Shown in pieces: positions 41,416-52,738 of a stretch of DNA of 64,000 bases. Location of the stretch: contig CAWCDG010000003.1 in NCBI GenBank assembly GCA_963794325.1, positions 288,001 through 352,000 on the forward strand, in the 5' to 3' direction. Made by a program: the position numbers and the translations under genes. A model generated the notes under the pieces. It worked only from the letters and a program-made list of their open reading frames with translations. It was not told the origin of the DNA and did no database searches. This stretch comes from an uncultured delta proteobacterium. Lineage in GTDB: Bacteria; Desulfobacterota; Binatia; Binatales; Binataceae. How positions within the stretch are numbered: the stretch's first letter is position 1; every line of letters begins with the position of its first letter.

Positions 41416-42159
41416 ATGTCTGAACCGAAACTGATCATCCTGAACGACGCGCAGGAACTCTACGTGCGCGCTGCTGAAGAAACCGCGCATATCGCCGGCG
41501 AATCGGTCTGCACTCACGGCGAGTTCACGCTATGTCTCTCCGGCGGCTCGACGCCCGCCGCCACTTACGACTTGCTCGCGACGCGATTCCATCTGAGCGT
41601 CGATTGGAAGGAACTGCAATTTTATTGGGGCGACGAACGATGCGTCCCGCCCGATCATCCCGAGAGCAACTACGCGATGGCGAATCGCACGATGCTGAGC
41701 AAGCTCGCGCTCCGACCCGACCAGGTGCATCGGATGCGCGGCGAGGACCCGCCCGCGAAAGCCGCGGCTGCTTACGAAGATGAATTGCGCAAACAGTTCG
41801 GACTTGGCGACGGCGAATTTCCGCGCTTCGATCTCATCATGCTCGGGCTTGGCGACAATCGTCATACTGCGTCGCTGTTTCCGGGCGATTCTGCGATTCA
41901 CGAAACTCAGCGCATGGTAGTTGGCGTCGAAGTTGACGCGGAACCGCCCAAACGCCTGACCATCACACCGCCGGTGATTAACAACGCGCTGCGCGTGATG
42001 TTCCTGGTGGCGGGGCAGGGCAAAGCCGCCGCGGTGAAGGATGTACTCGAGGGAGTGCGCGACCCCGACAAATTTCCTGCGCAAATCGTCGCGCCCAATA
42101 GCGGCGAGGTCATCTGGCTCCTCGACAAGGCCGCCGCCAGTCTGCTTTCGCCGCGCTGA
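41416..42159 (+). CDS. pgl: 6-phosphogluconolactonase
   Basis: LSGGSTP, WGDERCVP, SNY, HTASLFP. Confidence 0.94.
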   Translation: MSEPKLIILNDAQELYVRAAEETAHIAGESVCTHGEFTLCLSGGSTPAATYDLLATRFHLSVDWKELQFYWGDERCVPPDHPESNYAMANRTMLSKLALRPDQVHRMRGEDPPAKAAAAYEDELRKQFGLGDGEFPRFDLIMLGLGDNRHTASLFPGDSAIHETQRMVVGVEVDAEPPKRLTITPPVINNALRVMFLVAGQGKAAAVKDVLEGVRDPDKFPAQIVAPNSGEVIWLLDKAAASLLSPR

Positions 42160-42177
42160 TCAGACAGAATAATCGCG

Positions 42178-42723
42178 ATGCGATTCATCTTCCGGAACTT
42201 CACTGCGATTCTCATCCTTGCCGCCGTCACTGGATGGGCATTCTTCTATCTGCCGGATACTCCGACGTGGGCCGTGCTCCGGCTGAAGCAGGATATCGAC
42301 GCGCGCGACGGCGACGAGGCGGCCAAGTACGTCGATTTCGAGAGCGTGGTGACGAAGGCGGGGCAGGATATGGTGAAGAAGCAGGGCGCCAACGATCCGT
42401 TGAGCGCGATGCTCGGGAACGCCGCGGTTGAGTTGCTCAGCAAGCCGATGGCGCAGGTCGCGAAATCGTGGGCGATCCAAAAGGTTGATAACGGCGCGCG
42501 CGAGGTGCAGATGCCCGGCGCCGCGGTGGCCGCCTCGCTCGTGCTGCTGCATCGAAACGGCGACACCGCGGCCACCGACTTCACCGACAACAAGGGCCGG
42601 CGCTGGAGAATACACCTGGCGCGCGGCGACGACGGCTATTGGCGTGTCACCGAAGTCGAGGACGTCGGGCAACTGCTGCAACAGCTACAGCACAACAATC
42701 CAATGGGCATGCCCTCGCCCTAG
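42178..42723 (+). CDS. Membrane-anchored hypothetical protein (DUF2939-like)
   Basis: N-terminal TM, TP.WA..L...I..RD....KYVDF. Confidence 0.6.
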   Translation: MRFIFRNFTAILILAAVTGWAFFYLPDTPTWAVLRLKQDIDARDGDEAAKYVDFESVVTKAGQDMVKKQGANDPLSAMLGNAAVELLSKPMAQVAKSWAIQKVDNGAREVQMPGAAVAASLVLLHRNGDTAATDFTDNKGRRWRIHLARGDDGYWRVTEVEDVGQLLQQLQHNNPMGMPSP

Positions 42724-42854
42724 CGCGCATTACGGGAGTGTTTCGCCGCCCCTTCGCGGGCCTGCGTTTACTCTGCTTCAATCGACGGCTACAATAGTTC
42801 TCACGCGCGGGCGAACCTTAGGAGGCTCGGCCGCGTTTTAGTATTCAGCACAAA

Positions 42855-44702
42855 ATGAGACGTTCAGACATAAGAAATTTAGCGATCGTCGCTCACGTCG
42901 ATCACGGCAAAACCACTCTGGTCGACGCGATGCTGCGGCAGTCGGGCGTATTCCGCGCCAACGAGCAGGTCATTGACCGCGTGATGGATTCCAACGCGCT
43001 CGAGCGCGAGCGCGGCATCACCATCATGGCCAAGAACACCTCGATTCTCTGGGGTGAGACGCGCATCAACATCGTCGATACCCCCGGCCATTCGGATTTC
43101 GGCGGCGAGGTCGAGCGCACGCTGTCGATGGTGGACGGCGTCCTGCTCCTGGTCGACGCCTGCGAAGGACCGCTGCCCCAGACTCGCTTCGTGCTCAAGA
43201 AGGCGCTCGAGTCGAACCTGCCCGCGATTCTTTGCATCAACAAGATCGATCGCTCCGACGCGCGCGCGCCCGAAGTCCTCGACGAGGTTTACGATCTCTT
43301 CATCGACCTCGGCGCGAACGAGAACCAGCTCGACTTCCCGGTGCTCTACACTCAGGCGCGCGCCGGCACCGCCTCGCTCAAGCTCGACGTTCCGAGCGAA
43401 AACCTGGTGCCGCTCTTCGACGCAATCGTCGCGCATCTGCCGGGCCCCGAAGTCGATCCCGACGCGACCCTGCAATTCCAGGTCAATAACATCGACTACG
43501 ACGATTACGTCGGCCGCCTCGCGGTTGGCCGGATTATCGCGGGTTCGATGACCGCGTCGCAGAACTATTCGCTGTGCCGGCGCGATGGCAAGACCGTCAC
43601 CTGCAAGGTCGCTCATATCTACGGATGGCAGGGGCTGACGCGCGTCGAGCGCAACACCGCCAGTGCGGGCGAGATAGTAATCGTCGCCGGCGTCGAAGAT
43701 ATCGCGATCGGCGAAACCATCGCCGACCTTGAAAATCCGCGCCCGCTGCCGCCGATCCGAATTGATGAGCCGACCGTTGCGATGACCTTCTCGGTGAATA
43801 ACGCGCCGTGGGCCGGCCGCGAGGGAGACTTCGTCACCTCGCGCAAACTCGGCGAGCGAATCGAATTCGAGGCGCGCAAAAACGTCAGCACACGGGTCGA
43901 GCAGTTGTCGCCGGAGTCGTGGCGCGTCATGGGCCGCGGCGAATTGCAGCTCGCGGTGATTATCGAAACGATGCGCCGCGAAGGCTACGAGATGCAGGTT
44001 TCGAAGCCCACCGTCATCACCAAGCAGGCCGACGGCCAGGTGCTCGAGCCGATGGAGATGCTGGTCATCGACATCCCTTCCGAATACATCGGTACCGTCA
44101 CGCAGATGCTCTCGACGCGCAAGGCGAAGATGCGCACGATGGTCACTCATGCGAGCAATCGCGTGCGCCTCGAATACGACATTCCCGCGCGCGGCCTCAT
44201 CGGCTTTCGCGGACGCTTTCTCGAAAGCACCCGCGGCAACGGCCTGATGAATACGCTTTTCAACGGCTACGCGCCGTGGTCGGGTACGATTCGCTCGCGC
44301 GCCAACGGAGCGATGATTTCCGATCGCGAGGGCGTCAGCACGCCGTACGCGATCTTCCATTTGCAGGAGCGCGGTATATTCTTCGTCGGACCCGGCGAGC
44401 CGGTCTACGAGGGTATGATCGTCGGCGAGTATGCTCGTGAGATAAACTTGCCGGTCAACGTGTGTCGTGAAAAAAAGCTCAGCAACATGCGCGCCACCGG
44501 CCACGACGAAGCGATTCGACTTTCGCCCGCGCGCGTTCCGACCCTCGACGCCGCGCTCGAATGGATCGACGAGGAAGAGCTGGTCGAAGTCACGCCCAAG
44601 TCTGTGCGGCTGCGCAACCGCGTCCTCAAGACGGCGCTCAGGAACAAGCATCGTGCGGGATACATCGACGCGCCGCCGTCGGAGATGGCCGAAAGCAACT
44701 GA
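42855..44702 (+). CDS. typA: Translational GTPase TypA/BipA
   Basis: AHVDHGKTT, DTPGHSDFGGEVER, NKID, GRGELQL, YEGMIVG. Confidence 0.97.
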   Translation: MRRSDIRNLAIVAHVDHGKTTLVDAMLRQSGVFRANEQVIDRVMDSNALERERGITIMAKNTSILWGETRINIVDTPGHSDFGGEVERTLSMVDGVLLLVDACEGPLPQTRFVLKKALESNLPAILCINKIDRSDARAPEVLDEVYDLFIDLGANENQLDFPVLYTQARAGTASLKLDVPSENLVPLFDAIVAHLPGPEVDPDATLQFQVNNIDYDDYVGRLAVGRIIAGSMTASQNYSLCRRDGKTVTCKVAHIYGWQGLTRVERNTASAGEIVIVAGVEDIAIGETIADLENPRPLPPIRIDEPTVAMTFSVNNAPWAGREGDFVTSRKLGERIEFEARKNVSTRVEQLSPESWRVMGRGELQLAVIIETMRREGYEMQVSKPTVITKQADGQVLEPMEMLVIDIPSEYIGTVTQMLSTRKAKMRTMVTHASNRVRLEYDIPARGLIGFRGRFLESTRGNGLMNTLFNGYAPWSGTIRSRANGAMISDREGVSTPYAIFHLQERGIFFVGPGEPVYEGMIVGEYAREINLPVNVCREKKLSNMRATGHDEAIRLSPARVPTLDAALEWIDEEELVEVTPKSVRLRNRVLKTALRNKHRAGYIDAPPSEMAESN

Positions 44703-44762
44703 TCGCTTCGTGAGCCATGCGGACGGCGTAACGCCGGACGTGGCGATGGCGTCACGGCAATC

Positions 44763-47700
44763 ATGAGACTGGTCCGAATCGTCGCGCTTTCCGCGCTGAT
44801 TCTCGCGATCCTCATCGGCGGGTCGGCGGCGCTAATCGTATTCAACCAGGCCCGCATCGTCGTTTACGTTCTCGCTTCGGTCCGCAACCGCACCGGCGTC
44901 GATATCATCCCGCGCGCCAGCTCGGTGCACCTCGGCACCCATCTGATCGTCGTCCTCGACCAGCCGCAAGTAATCAACAACGGACATGAAATCGTCAAGC
45001 TGAAATCGCTCCGCGCGATCGTCTCGTACCATTCCCTCTTCACCGGCACCGGCCTTCCGCTTTATCGGTTGACCGCAACCAGTCCTGAAATCATCCTCCC
45101 GGTGAGCTCCAATAACGCGGCCACGGTCCCGATGCCGCGTCCCGGGGCGCCGACGATCGACGCTCTCCAGGAAGCGTTGCATGCATTGTCGCGGATCTGT
45201 TGGCGCGTCGAGACGGTCGACGCAACTATGCGCTATGCCGACGGTGGCGACGTTGCCGATCACGTTGCGATCGTCGCCTACCACACTCGGCGCGAGCCTT
45301 TCCGATGGCTGCTCGAATTCAGCGGCGCATTGCTGACCTCGCCGGTCCCTGGAGCGCAGGTAGCCGGTAAATTCAGCCTCGGTCTCGGAAGGAATCCGCG
45401 CCCCAACGAATTTGCACATGGAGAGCTGTGGACCTGGAACGTCCCGCTGAAGGGACTCGAGGTCGAAAGTTTCTCGTTGGTCGGGACGGTCAAGAATACC
45501 GTGAAGTTCTCGCTTCACGACGACGGCTCTGTCACTGGCGACGCCGAAGCGGAGTCGCAGAAACTCACACTCGTCAGCAAACGGCTCGCCGCACCGGAAA
45601 TATTAGGCGCCTACTCGTTGCACGCCGGCTTCGAAATTACCGATGGCAAGTATGCGTTCACGAAGATCGTTTTGCGCCACGTCGATACGGCCGTGTTGTC
45701 CGGTGATACCGAGCTGGTCGCCCCGCAAAGCAAAAATCCGGAGCTGGGAATCCATCTCGGCGGCTTTCACTTCGACGCGTCCGTCGTCAGGCAGAAACTT
45801 CTCTCGGTCCGCCACCTGCCCGCCGACTTGGTGGATATGCTCAACCGCCTCGGACCCGGCAAGGTAACGGTCGGCGATGCGACCCTGAGCGCCGCGCTCG
45901 AGGAGATCGAGACCGCGCCGCTCGATACGATTCGCAAGAACCTCGTGGTGAGCGGCACCATCGAAGGCCTCGGGTTCGCAATTCCGCAGGATACGAAACT
46001 GCCGCCGGTCTCGGGTCTCAGTGCACAGCTCGCGTACTCGCGGGGACAGCTGACGATCACGCAGGGCACCGCGAAGTTCGGAACTTCCACCGTCCACGAC
46101 CTTTCCGCGAGCGCAAACATCGGCAACGGCGTCGAGGGCGCCGACTACAAGACCAACCTGACCCTCGACGCGAACCTCGACGAGCTCTATCCGGCCATCG
46201 CGCGCTTCCTCGACATATATAAATTGCGCGAGCGCGACCGTCTCCAACGCCTGAGTGGCCGCGTCGAAGTGAACGCGACCGCATCCGGCAAGTTGAGCGT
46301 CACGACGCTGGTCCCGCCCAAAGACTACCAGGTGCGCGCCGACGCCATCGGCGCCGTTCTCACCCTCAAGGGTTCGCCCGGCCCGCTCAAGGTGTCGCGC
46401 GGCACCGTCGCAATCGATCCGGCCGCGATCAAATTCGAAAACGTGATGGTGGCCGCGACCGGCGGCAATGCGACCCTCGACGGCGTCGTGAATTTCGAGA
46501 AGCAAGGCGTCGCCGTGAAGGATCTGACGCTGGGGCTTCATGACTTCCCGTCGCAGTTGTGGCTGACGCTCCTCGTCGATCCGAACGACTTCAGCGTGAG
46601 TGGCCCGATTGGCGGCAAGGTTGTCGTTAACGGCAATCCCAGCAGTCCGGGCGGCCTGATCCCTGAAGGCAAACTGACGCTCGCCAACGGTGACGTGAAA
46701 TTCAACTTCCTGCGTTCGCCGATTATCGTTCAGGGCGCGACGCTCACGATGCACCGCAAGCAGGTCATCCTCGCGATGCCCGGTTCGAAGCTCGAGAATT
46801 CGCCCATCAATTTCCGCGTTTCGGTTGCCGACTACACTCATCCCTCGATTCGCATCGACGCCACCGTGCAGAAACTCGATCTCGAGGTGATGAGATTTGT
46901 GCGGATGCCCTGGTCGCCGGCCGAGCCGCCGATTAATTTTCCGGTTCCATGCTTCGGGCACATCGAAGCGCGCGCCGCAAACCTCGGCAGTTTTCAGATG
47001 ACCGACACCAAAACCGATTTCACCCGCGATCCTACCGGCAATTGGCGCGTTTATAACATGAGCGCCACCGCTTACCGCGGGAAGATGCACATCGAACTCG
47101 TCGGTCGCGCTCCCGACAACTGGATCCACATCATGGGCAGCGCCACCGACATGGATCCCGCGCCGCTCTTTTTGCTGAGCGGCAAGAACACGCAATCGCC
47201 ATTGGTGGGCCATCTGTTTCTCGCCGCAGATTTGTGGGCGAACTCCGACACCAACTTTTTCGAAACTATGGCCGGCGACATGTCGATCACCGTCCGCGAC
47301 GGAACCCTCAACAAGTTCACGCTTCTGTCACGCTTGCTCAGTTTCATCGACATCAAGAATTGGTTGAGCGCGCAAATCCCCGACCCGCGCGTCGCCGGAG
47401 TCCCGTTCAAGACTCTCTTTACCGATTTCAAGGGCAATGGTGGTCTCTTCTACACAAATAATTTCGTGCTTAACGGTCCGGTCATGTCCATCACCGCCAA
47501 CGGCAGCGTGCAGTTCGGCGCAGGCACTCTCGATATGGAGGTCGGCATGTTCCCGTTCGACACCGTCGATTGGGTGTTGAATCACATTCCAATTATCGGC
47601 GAGAGAATCGGCGCGGGCACGGGCAAACTGGTCGCCGCGTATTTCTCCGTGAAAGGTCCGGTCAGCGATCCTTCGATTCTGCCCAAGCCGATCACGTCTG

Positions 47701-47768
47701 TAGCGGAGTTCGTCAAAAAAACGATCGCGGTGCCGATAAACATCATTCGTCCCAACACGGTCAAGTGA
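44763..47768 (+). CDS. AsmA-like (YhdP-type) protein
   Basis: N-terminal TM, long beta-rich body, C-terminal IPIIG...YFSVKGPVSDP. Confidence 0.75.
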   Translation: MRLVRIVALSALILAILIGGSAALIVFNQARIVVYVLASVRNRTGVDIIPRASSVHLGTHLIVVLDQPQVINNGHEIVKLKSLRAIVSYHSLFTGTGLPLYRLTATSPEIILPVSSNNAATVPMPRPGAPTIDALQEALHALSRICWRVETVDATMRYADGGDVADHVAIVAYHTRREPFRWLLEFSGALLTSPVPGAQVAGKFSLGLGRNPRPNEFAHGELWTWNVPLKGLEVESFSLVGTVKNTVKFSLHDDGSVTGDAEAESQKLTLVSKRLAAPEILGAYSLHAGFEITDGKYAFTKIVLRHVDTAVLSGDTELVAPQSKNPELGIHLGGFHFDASVVRQKLLSVRHLPADLVDMLNRLGPGKVTVGDATLSAALEEIETAPLDTIRKNLVVSGTIEGLGFAIPQDTKLPPVSGLSAQLAYSRGQLTITQGTAKFGTSTVHDLSASANIGNGVEGADYKTNLTLDANLDELYPAIARFLDIYKLRERDRLQRLSGRVEVNATASGKLSVTTLVPPKDYQVRADAIGAVLTLKGSPGPLKVSRGTVAIDPAAIKFENVMVAATGGNATLDGVVNFEKQGVAVKDLTLGLHDFPSQLWLTLLVDPNDFSVSGPIGGKVVVNGNPSSPGGLIPEGKLTLANGDVKFNFLRSPIIVQGATLTMHRKQVILAMPGSKLENSPINFRVSVADYTHPSIRIDATVQKLDLEVMRFVRMPWSPAEPPINFPVPCFGHIEARAANLGSFQMTDTKTDFTRDPTGNWRVYNMSATAYRGKMHIELVGRAPDNWIHIMGSATDMDPAPLFLLSGKNTQSPLVGHLFLAADLWANSDTNFFETMAGDMSITVRDGTLNKFTLLSRLLSFIDIKNWLSAQIPDPRVAGVPFKTLFTDFKGNGGLFYTNNFVLNGPVMSITANGSVQFGAGTLDMEVGMFPFDTVDWVLNHIPIIGERIGAGTGKLVAAYFSVKGPVSDPSILPKPITSVAEFVKKTIAVPINIIRPNTVK

Positions 47769-47786
47769 GCCGGTGAAAAGTGAAAA

Positions 47787-48485
47787 ATGAGAAAATCGCG
47801 GCCCGCGCTGATCGTATTTTGCCGCGAGCCCATCGCGCATCAGGCCAAGACCAGGTTGATCGGCGCGATTACGCCTGCCGCCGCGGCAGCACTGTCCGAT
47901 GCATTCATTCGCGACGCGCTCGCTAAGGCAGTTTCAGTTCGCCCGTCGCGAATCGTTATCGCGGCGAGCGCGCCGGACGGCGCTGACCGCAGCAAGTACT
48001 TCAGGAAGCTGGCTCGTCGATTTGAAGCGGATCTGATCGATCAGGGAAGCGGTTCGCTGGGCCGGCGGATGGCGCGATCACTCGCTCCATTCACATCGAG
48101 CGGCGCGCTTTTAATCGGAACTGACACACCTTCGCTTCCAGCCTCGATGCTCGCGTCCAGTCTGGAAGCACTTCGCCGCAATCGCGTCGTGATCGCGCCG
48201 AGTCTCGATGGCGGCTATTACGCGGTCGGTGTGCGCGGAGCGATGCCCCCTATCTTCACTGGCATCCGATGGGGCACCGGCAGCGTCTTCGTCACAACCA
48301 TCAAGCGTCTCGAGCGCGCGGCCATTCCGTTCGCGCTCGGTCCCGCATGGTACGACGTCGATCGATGGGCCGACGTACTCCTGCTGGCCGCGCACCTGCG
48401 AATACTGGCGCGAACCGATTCGTCGCCATGCCCGACGACCGAGGCTGTGCTCGCACGGCTTGGAGTCCTCCGCCACGCTCGCTAA
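47787..48485 (+). CDS. DUF2064/TIGR04282-family glycosyltransferase-like protein
   Basis: AKTRL, QGSGSLGRRM, IGTDTP, DGGYY, WYDVD. Confidence 0.85.
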   Translation: MRKSRPALIVFCREPIAHQAKTRLIGAITPAAAAALSDAFIRDALAKAVSVRPSRIVIAASAPDGADRSKYFRKLARRFEADLIDQGSGSLGRRMARSLAPFTSSGALLIGTDTPSLPASMLASSLEALRRNRVVIAPSLDGGYYAVGVRGAMPPIFTGIRWGTGSVFVTTIKRLERAAIPFALGPAWYDVDRWADVLLLAAHLRILARTDSSPCPTTEAVLARLGVLRHAR

Positions 48486-48494
48486 AGTACCCCG

Positions 48495-48740
48495 GTGATC
48501 GAGCTGATTCTCTACACCCGAAACGACTGTCCGCTGTGCCACCAGATGGAAGCGGTGATTGCCGCCGAGGCTCCGAAATTCGACGCCCGCATTCAGCGTA
48601 TCGAGATCGACGGCGATCCGGATCTCGAAGCCCGTTTTGGAATCGAAGTGCCGGTCTTGTTCGTGAACGATCGCAAAGCGTTCAAATATCGATGCACTCC
48701 CACCGAATTGCGCAAACGACTGGCGCGTGAGGTTAGCTGA
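48495..48740 (+). CDS. Glutaredoxin-like protein (DUF836)
   Basis: LYTRNDCPLC, EVPVL. Confidence 0.85.
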   Translation: MIELILYTRNDCPLCHQMEAVIAAEAPKFDARIQRIEIDGDPDLEARFGIEVPVLFVNDRKAFKYRCTPTELRKRLAREVS

Positions 48741-48741
48741 C

Positions 48742-49095
48742 ATGCCGGCGAGAACTCCCCACAAAATGCGGGTCATCTTCGTTACCTGCGGCGGCGAAGA
48801 TCAGGCTGCCGAAATCGCGCGCACCCTGGTCTCCGAAAGGCTGGCGGCATGCGTGAATATCGTCGGGCCCATTCGCTCGATCTACCGATGGCGCGACGAG
48901 GTCAAGGACGACGCCGAATACCTGCTCATCATAAAGACCCGCGCGCTGCTCTATATGAAGGTCGAGACGCGCGTCCGCGAGATGCACACCTATGATGTGC
49001 CCGAGGTCCTCGCGCTGAACGCAGATCGCGGCTCGCCTCCGTACATCCAGTGGATGCTCGATTCGACCGGCCCTCCTCGCGGACACTCCAAATGA
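48742..49095 (+). CDS. cutA: Divalent-cation tolerance protein CutA
   Basis: LAACVN, SIYRW, IKT, HTYDVPE; start may be 48766. Confidence 0.92.
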   Translation: MPARTPHKMRVIFVTCGGEDQAAEIARTLVSERLAACVNIVGPIRSIYRWRDEVKDDAEYLLIIKTRALLYMKVETRVREMHTYDVPEVLALNADRGSPPYIQWMLDSTGPPRGHSK

Positions 49096-50135
49096 TCAGG
49101 TTTGCGATTGCAGGCGCCGGCGCGATCACCGAACGCGCGCACATTCCCGCACTGGCGAGCGTTCCCGACGCGAAAATCGTCGCGATACAAAGCCGCACCG
49201 CCGACAAGGCCGATCGCGTCGCACGGGCGCTTTGGCCTGACGATACGGCACGGCCGAACGCCTATTCCGATTTCGACGAGATGCTGGCGCGCGAGCATCC
49301 CGACGCCGTTGGAATCTTCACGCCAAATCGTTGGCATTGCGAATTTACCGTCAAGGCGCTCGACGCGGGCGCGCACGTGCTCGTCGAAAAGCCGATGGCT
49401 CCGACTGCGGCCGAGGCGCGCAAGATGGTCGATGCGGCCGCGAAAGCTGGTCGCGTGCTGATGGTCGCGATGCAACGGCGCTTCGGCGGAATCGAGCGCG
49501 CAATCAAAGACGCACTGGCGAGCGGTGCAATCGGCAAGCCTAATTTCATTCGTGCACGGCTTTCCCACGGCGGACCTCAATTGTGGGCGCCCGGACAAAG
49601 CTGGTTCACGACCGCTTCAGAAGCCGGCGGCGGCGCGATGCTCGATCTCGGCGTTCACGTCGCCGACCTCGCGATCTGGTTCATGGGCGAGGTCGATTCC
49701 GTCTCGGGGCAGGTGGCGACCCTCGCCAAGCAGATCGCGGTTGACGACACCGGCGCGATGATTCTCCATTTCAAGTCGGGCGCAATCGGCGTCGTCGAGG
49801 CGAGTTGGAGCAGCATGCCGCCGCTGTCGGCAATCGAGATTTACGGCACCGAGGGGCGGGTGATGGCTGGCTATCCGCGCAATGATATTTCGATTCTGAA
49901 ATCCGACGGCAGTCCGGCGCCGGGATTCTCGCGCGAGGAGGTGATGAGCCGCTTCGACCCGCGCGATTTTCTCGCCCCGTCACGCGCACTCGCCGAAAAC
50001 TTCATCGCCGCGATTCAAGGTAGGGCGAAACCCTCGCCCGACGGCATCGACGGACTGCGCGCAGTCGAAGCGATCGAGGCATGCTATCGTTCGTCGCGGA
50101 CCGGTACTCGAATCAAGCTCCCGCTCGATTCATAA
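49092..50135 (+). CDS. Gfo/Idh/MocA oxidoreductase
   Basis: GAGAI, HVLVEKPMA, GGGAMLDLGVH; ATGA overlap with cutA. Confidence 0.92.
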   Translation: MIRFAIAGAGAITERAHIPALASVPDAKIVAIQSRTADKADRVARALWPDDTARPNAYSDFDEMLAREHPDAVGIFTPNRWHCEFTVKALDAGAHVLVEKPMAPTAAEARKMVDAAAKAGRVLMVAMQRRFGGIERAIKDALASGAIGKPNFIRARLSHGGPQLWAPGQSWFTTASEAGGGAMLDLGVHVADLAIWFMGEVDSVSGQVATLAKQIAVDDTGAMILHFKSGAIGVVEASWSSMPPLSAIEIYGTEGRVMAGYPRNDISILKSDGSPAPGFSREEVMSRFDPRDFLAPSRALAENFIAAIQGRAKPSPDGIDGLRAVEAIEACYRSSRTGTRIKLPLDS

Positions 50136-50142
50136 TCCACAG

Positions 50143-51231
<1,089 letters not shown>

Positions 51232-51236
51232 ATTCG

Positions 51237-51920
51237 ATGGCGGCGATCAAGCGTCTGTTCGGAAGTTTTCGCTCCTCACGCGGCAAGAAGTCCGAATCGG
51301 AATCGCATTCGTCGATTGAATGGGTGGTGGCGGGACTCGGGAATCCCGGCGAAGAGTACTCGCGTTCCCGCCACAACGCGGGATTCATGACAATCGATCG
51401 AATCGCGAAAGCCAAAGGCGTCGAGTTGAGCCGCCGCAGGTTCAAAGGCATCACCGCTGAAATCACCTTGGCCGAAAAGCCCGCGATTCTCGTCAAGCCC
51501 CAGACCTTTTACAATCTGAGCGGCGAATGCATTTCCGATCTGCTCGGATATTTCAAAATTACCACCAGCCATTTGATCGTAATTCATGACGAGCTCGATC
51601 TCGAAGCGGGGCGGCTCAGAATGAAGCAGGGCGGAGGGGACGCCGGCAACCGCGGCGTTCGTTCAATCGCGGAGTCGCTCGGAACCACCGACTTCATTCG
51701 CGTCAGAATTGGAATCGGCCGCCCGCCCGGCTTCACAACCGAAATGGAACCCGGCCGCCAACCGAAGACCGAAGAAAATAAGGACTACCTGCTGCGCCCG
51801 ATGACGGCCGCCGAAAGACAGGCAATTGCGCCGCTCCTCGACCGCGCTGCGAACGCAGTCGAAGCAATCGCCGCAGACGGCCTCGAAGCCGCGATGAACC
51901 GCTACAACCAACGCAGCTAA
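51237..51920 (+). CDS. pth: Peptidyl-tRNA hydrolase
   Basis: GLGNPG..Y..SRHNAGF, KPQTFYNLSG, IHDELD, RIGIGRP. Confidence 0.93.
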   Translation: MAAIKRLFGSFRSSRGKKSESESHSSIEWVVAGLGNPGEEYSRSRHNAGFMTIDRIAKAKGVELSRRRFKGITAEITLAEKPAILVKPQTFYNLSGECISDLLGYFKITTSHLIVIHDELDLEAGRLRMKQGGGDAGNRGVRSIAESLGTTDFIRVRIGIGRPPGFTTEMEPGRQPKTEENKDYLLRPMTAAERQAIAPLLDRAANAVEAIAADGLEAAMNRYNQRS

Positions 51921-52152
51921 ACTGCGCCACGCTCGTAGTAACAAATTGTCGTAAGGCGTAATCATTCAGTTGACTTACCAACATACCGCGCGCTAAGCAT
52001 CAACACGTTGGAACCCTCGTCGCGTTGTGCGGGTAAGTTTTCGCGTCCCGCTCGAATAGCAGCGCTGTTAGTGCCGATGCGAGAGGGCGTTGCTGCTTGA
52101 TCCGCACACGCTTCGTCGGTCTCTTAATCTTCTATCTAGGAAAAGGGATGCG

Positions 52153-52641
52153 ATGTTTGTGGAAAACAAGACTCGCTTCAGGAGGGCTGAGGAAGCTCTG
52201 CGGTTTTATTTCCGGTTGCGCGAGCTGCTTCACAGCGGACGGACCGGACGCCTGGTAGCCGACGAACTGCCTGCCGATGCATGCACGACGGCGGCCAACG
52301 CAATCGACGACTATCAATGCATCGGATGGTGCATGCGAGGTCTCGACGAAATCGCGTTGTGGCTGCTCAGCGAAATCTACGGACCGAGCTCTTTCGGCGT
52401 CCATCGGCGCACTCTGGGGCATACCTGCAAGGCCGGCCGGCGCGAATTCCCGCAACGAACATTTCGCCTGCACGAGATGGCCATGGTCCACGAGCACGCG
52501 CTGGGCGTCGTCAAGCGAGGGCTACGGGAACTTGGCATGATCCCGGTCCGCAAGATAACCACGGCGCACGTACGCCGCGAGATAATCGCCGCGGGCAGAG
52601 TCGCGCATCTTCACGGCGACCGAGCCGCTGAACGCGGATAA
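52153..52641 (+). CDS. Hypothetical protein, possible sigma-region-4-like C-terminus
   Basis: ORF filling the pth-tyrS gap, AGGGA before ATG; weak pattern similarity only. Confidence 0.55.
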   Translation: MFVENKTRFRRAEEALRFYFRLRELLHSGRTGRLVADELPADACTTAANAIDDYQCIGWCMRGLDEIALWLLSEIYGPSSFGVHRRTLGHTCKAGRREFPQRTFRLHEMAMVHEHALGVVKRGLRELGMIPVRKITTAHVRREIIAAGRVAHLHGDRAAERG

Positions 52642-52738
52642 GTCGGCGGCGCCGAGTTCGATAGCGTGGCAGGCGGGCTATTCCGCGCCATCGAAATTCC
52701 TGTACGCTTGAGGACCAATCCAACTCGGGCGAACGGAC

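Noticed and set aside
47787-48485. Arsenosugar or selenoneine-type biosynthesis cluster
   Set aside because: No partner radical SAM, methyltransferase or second glycosyltransferase is adjacent
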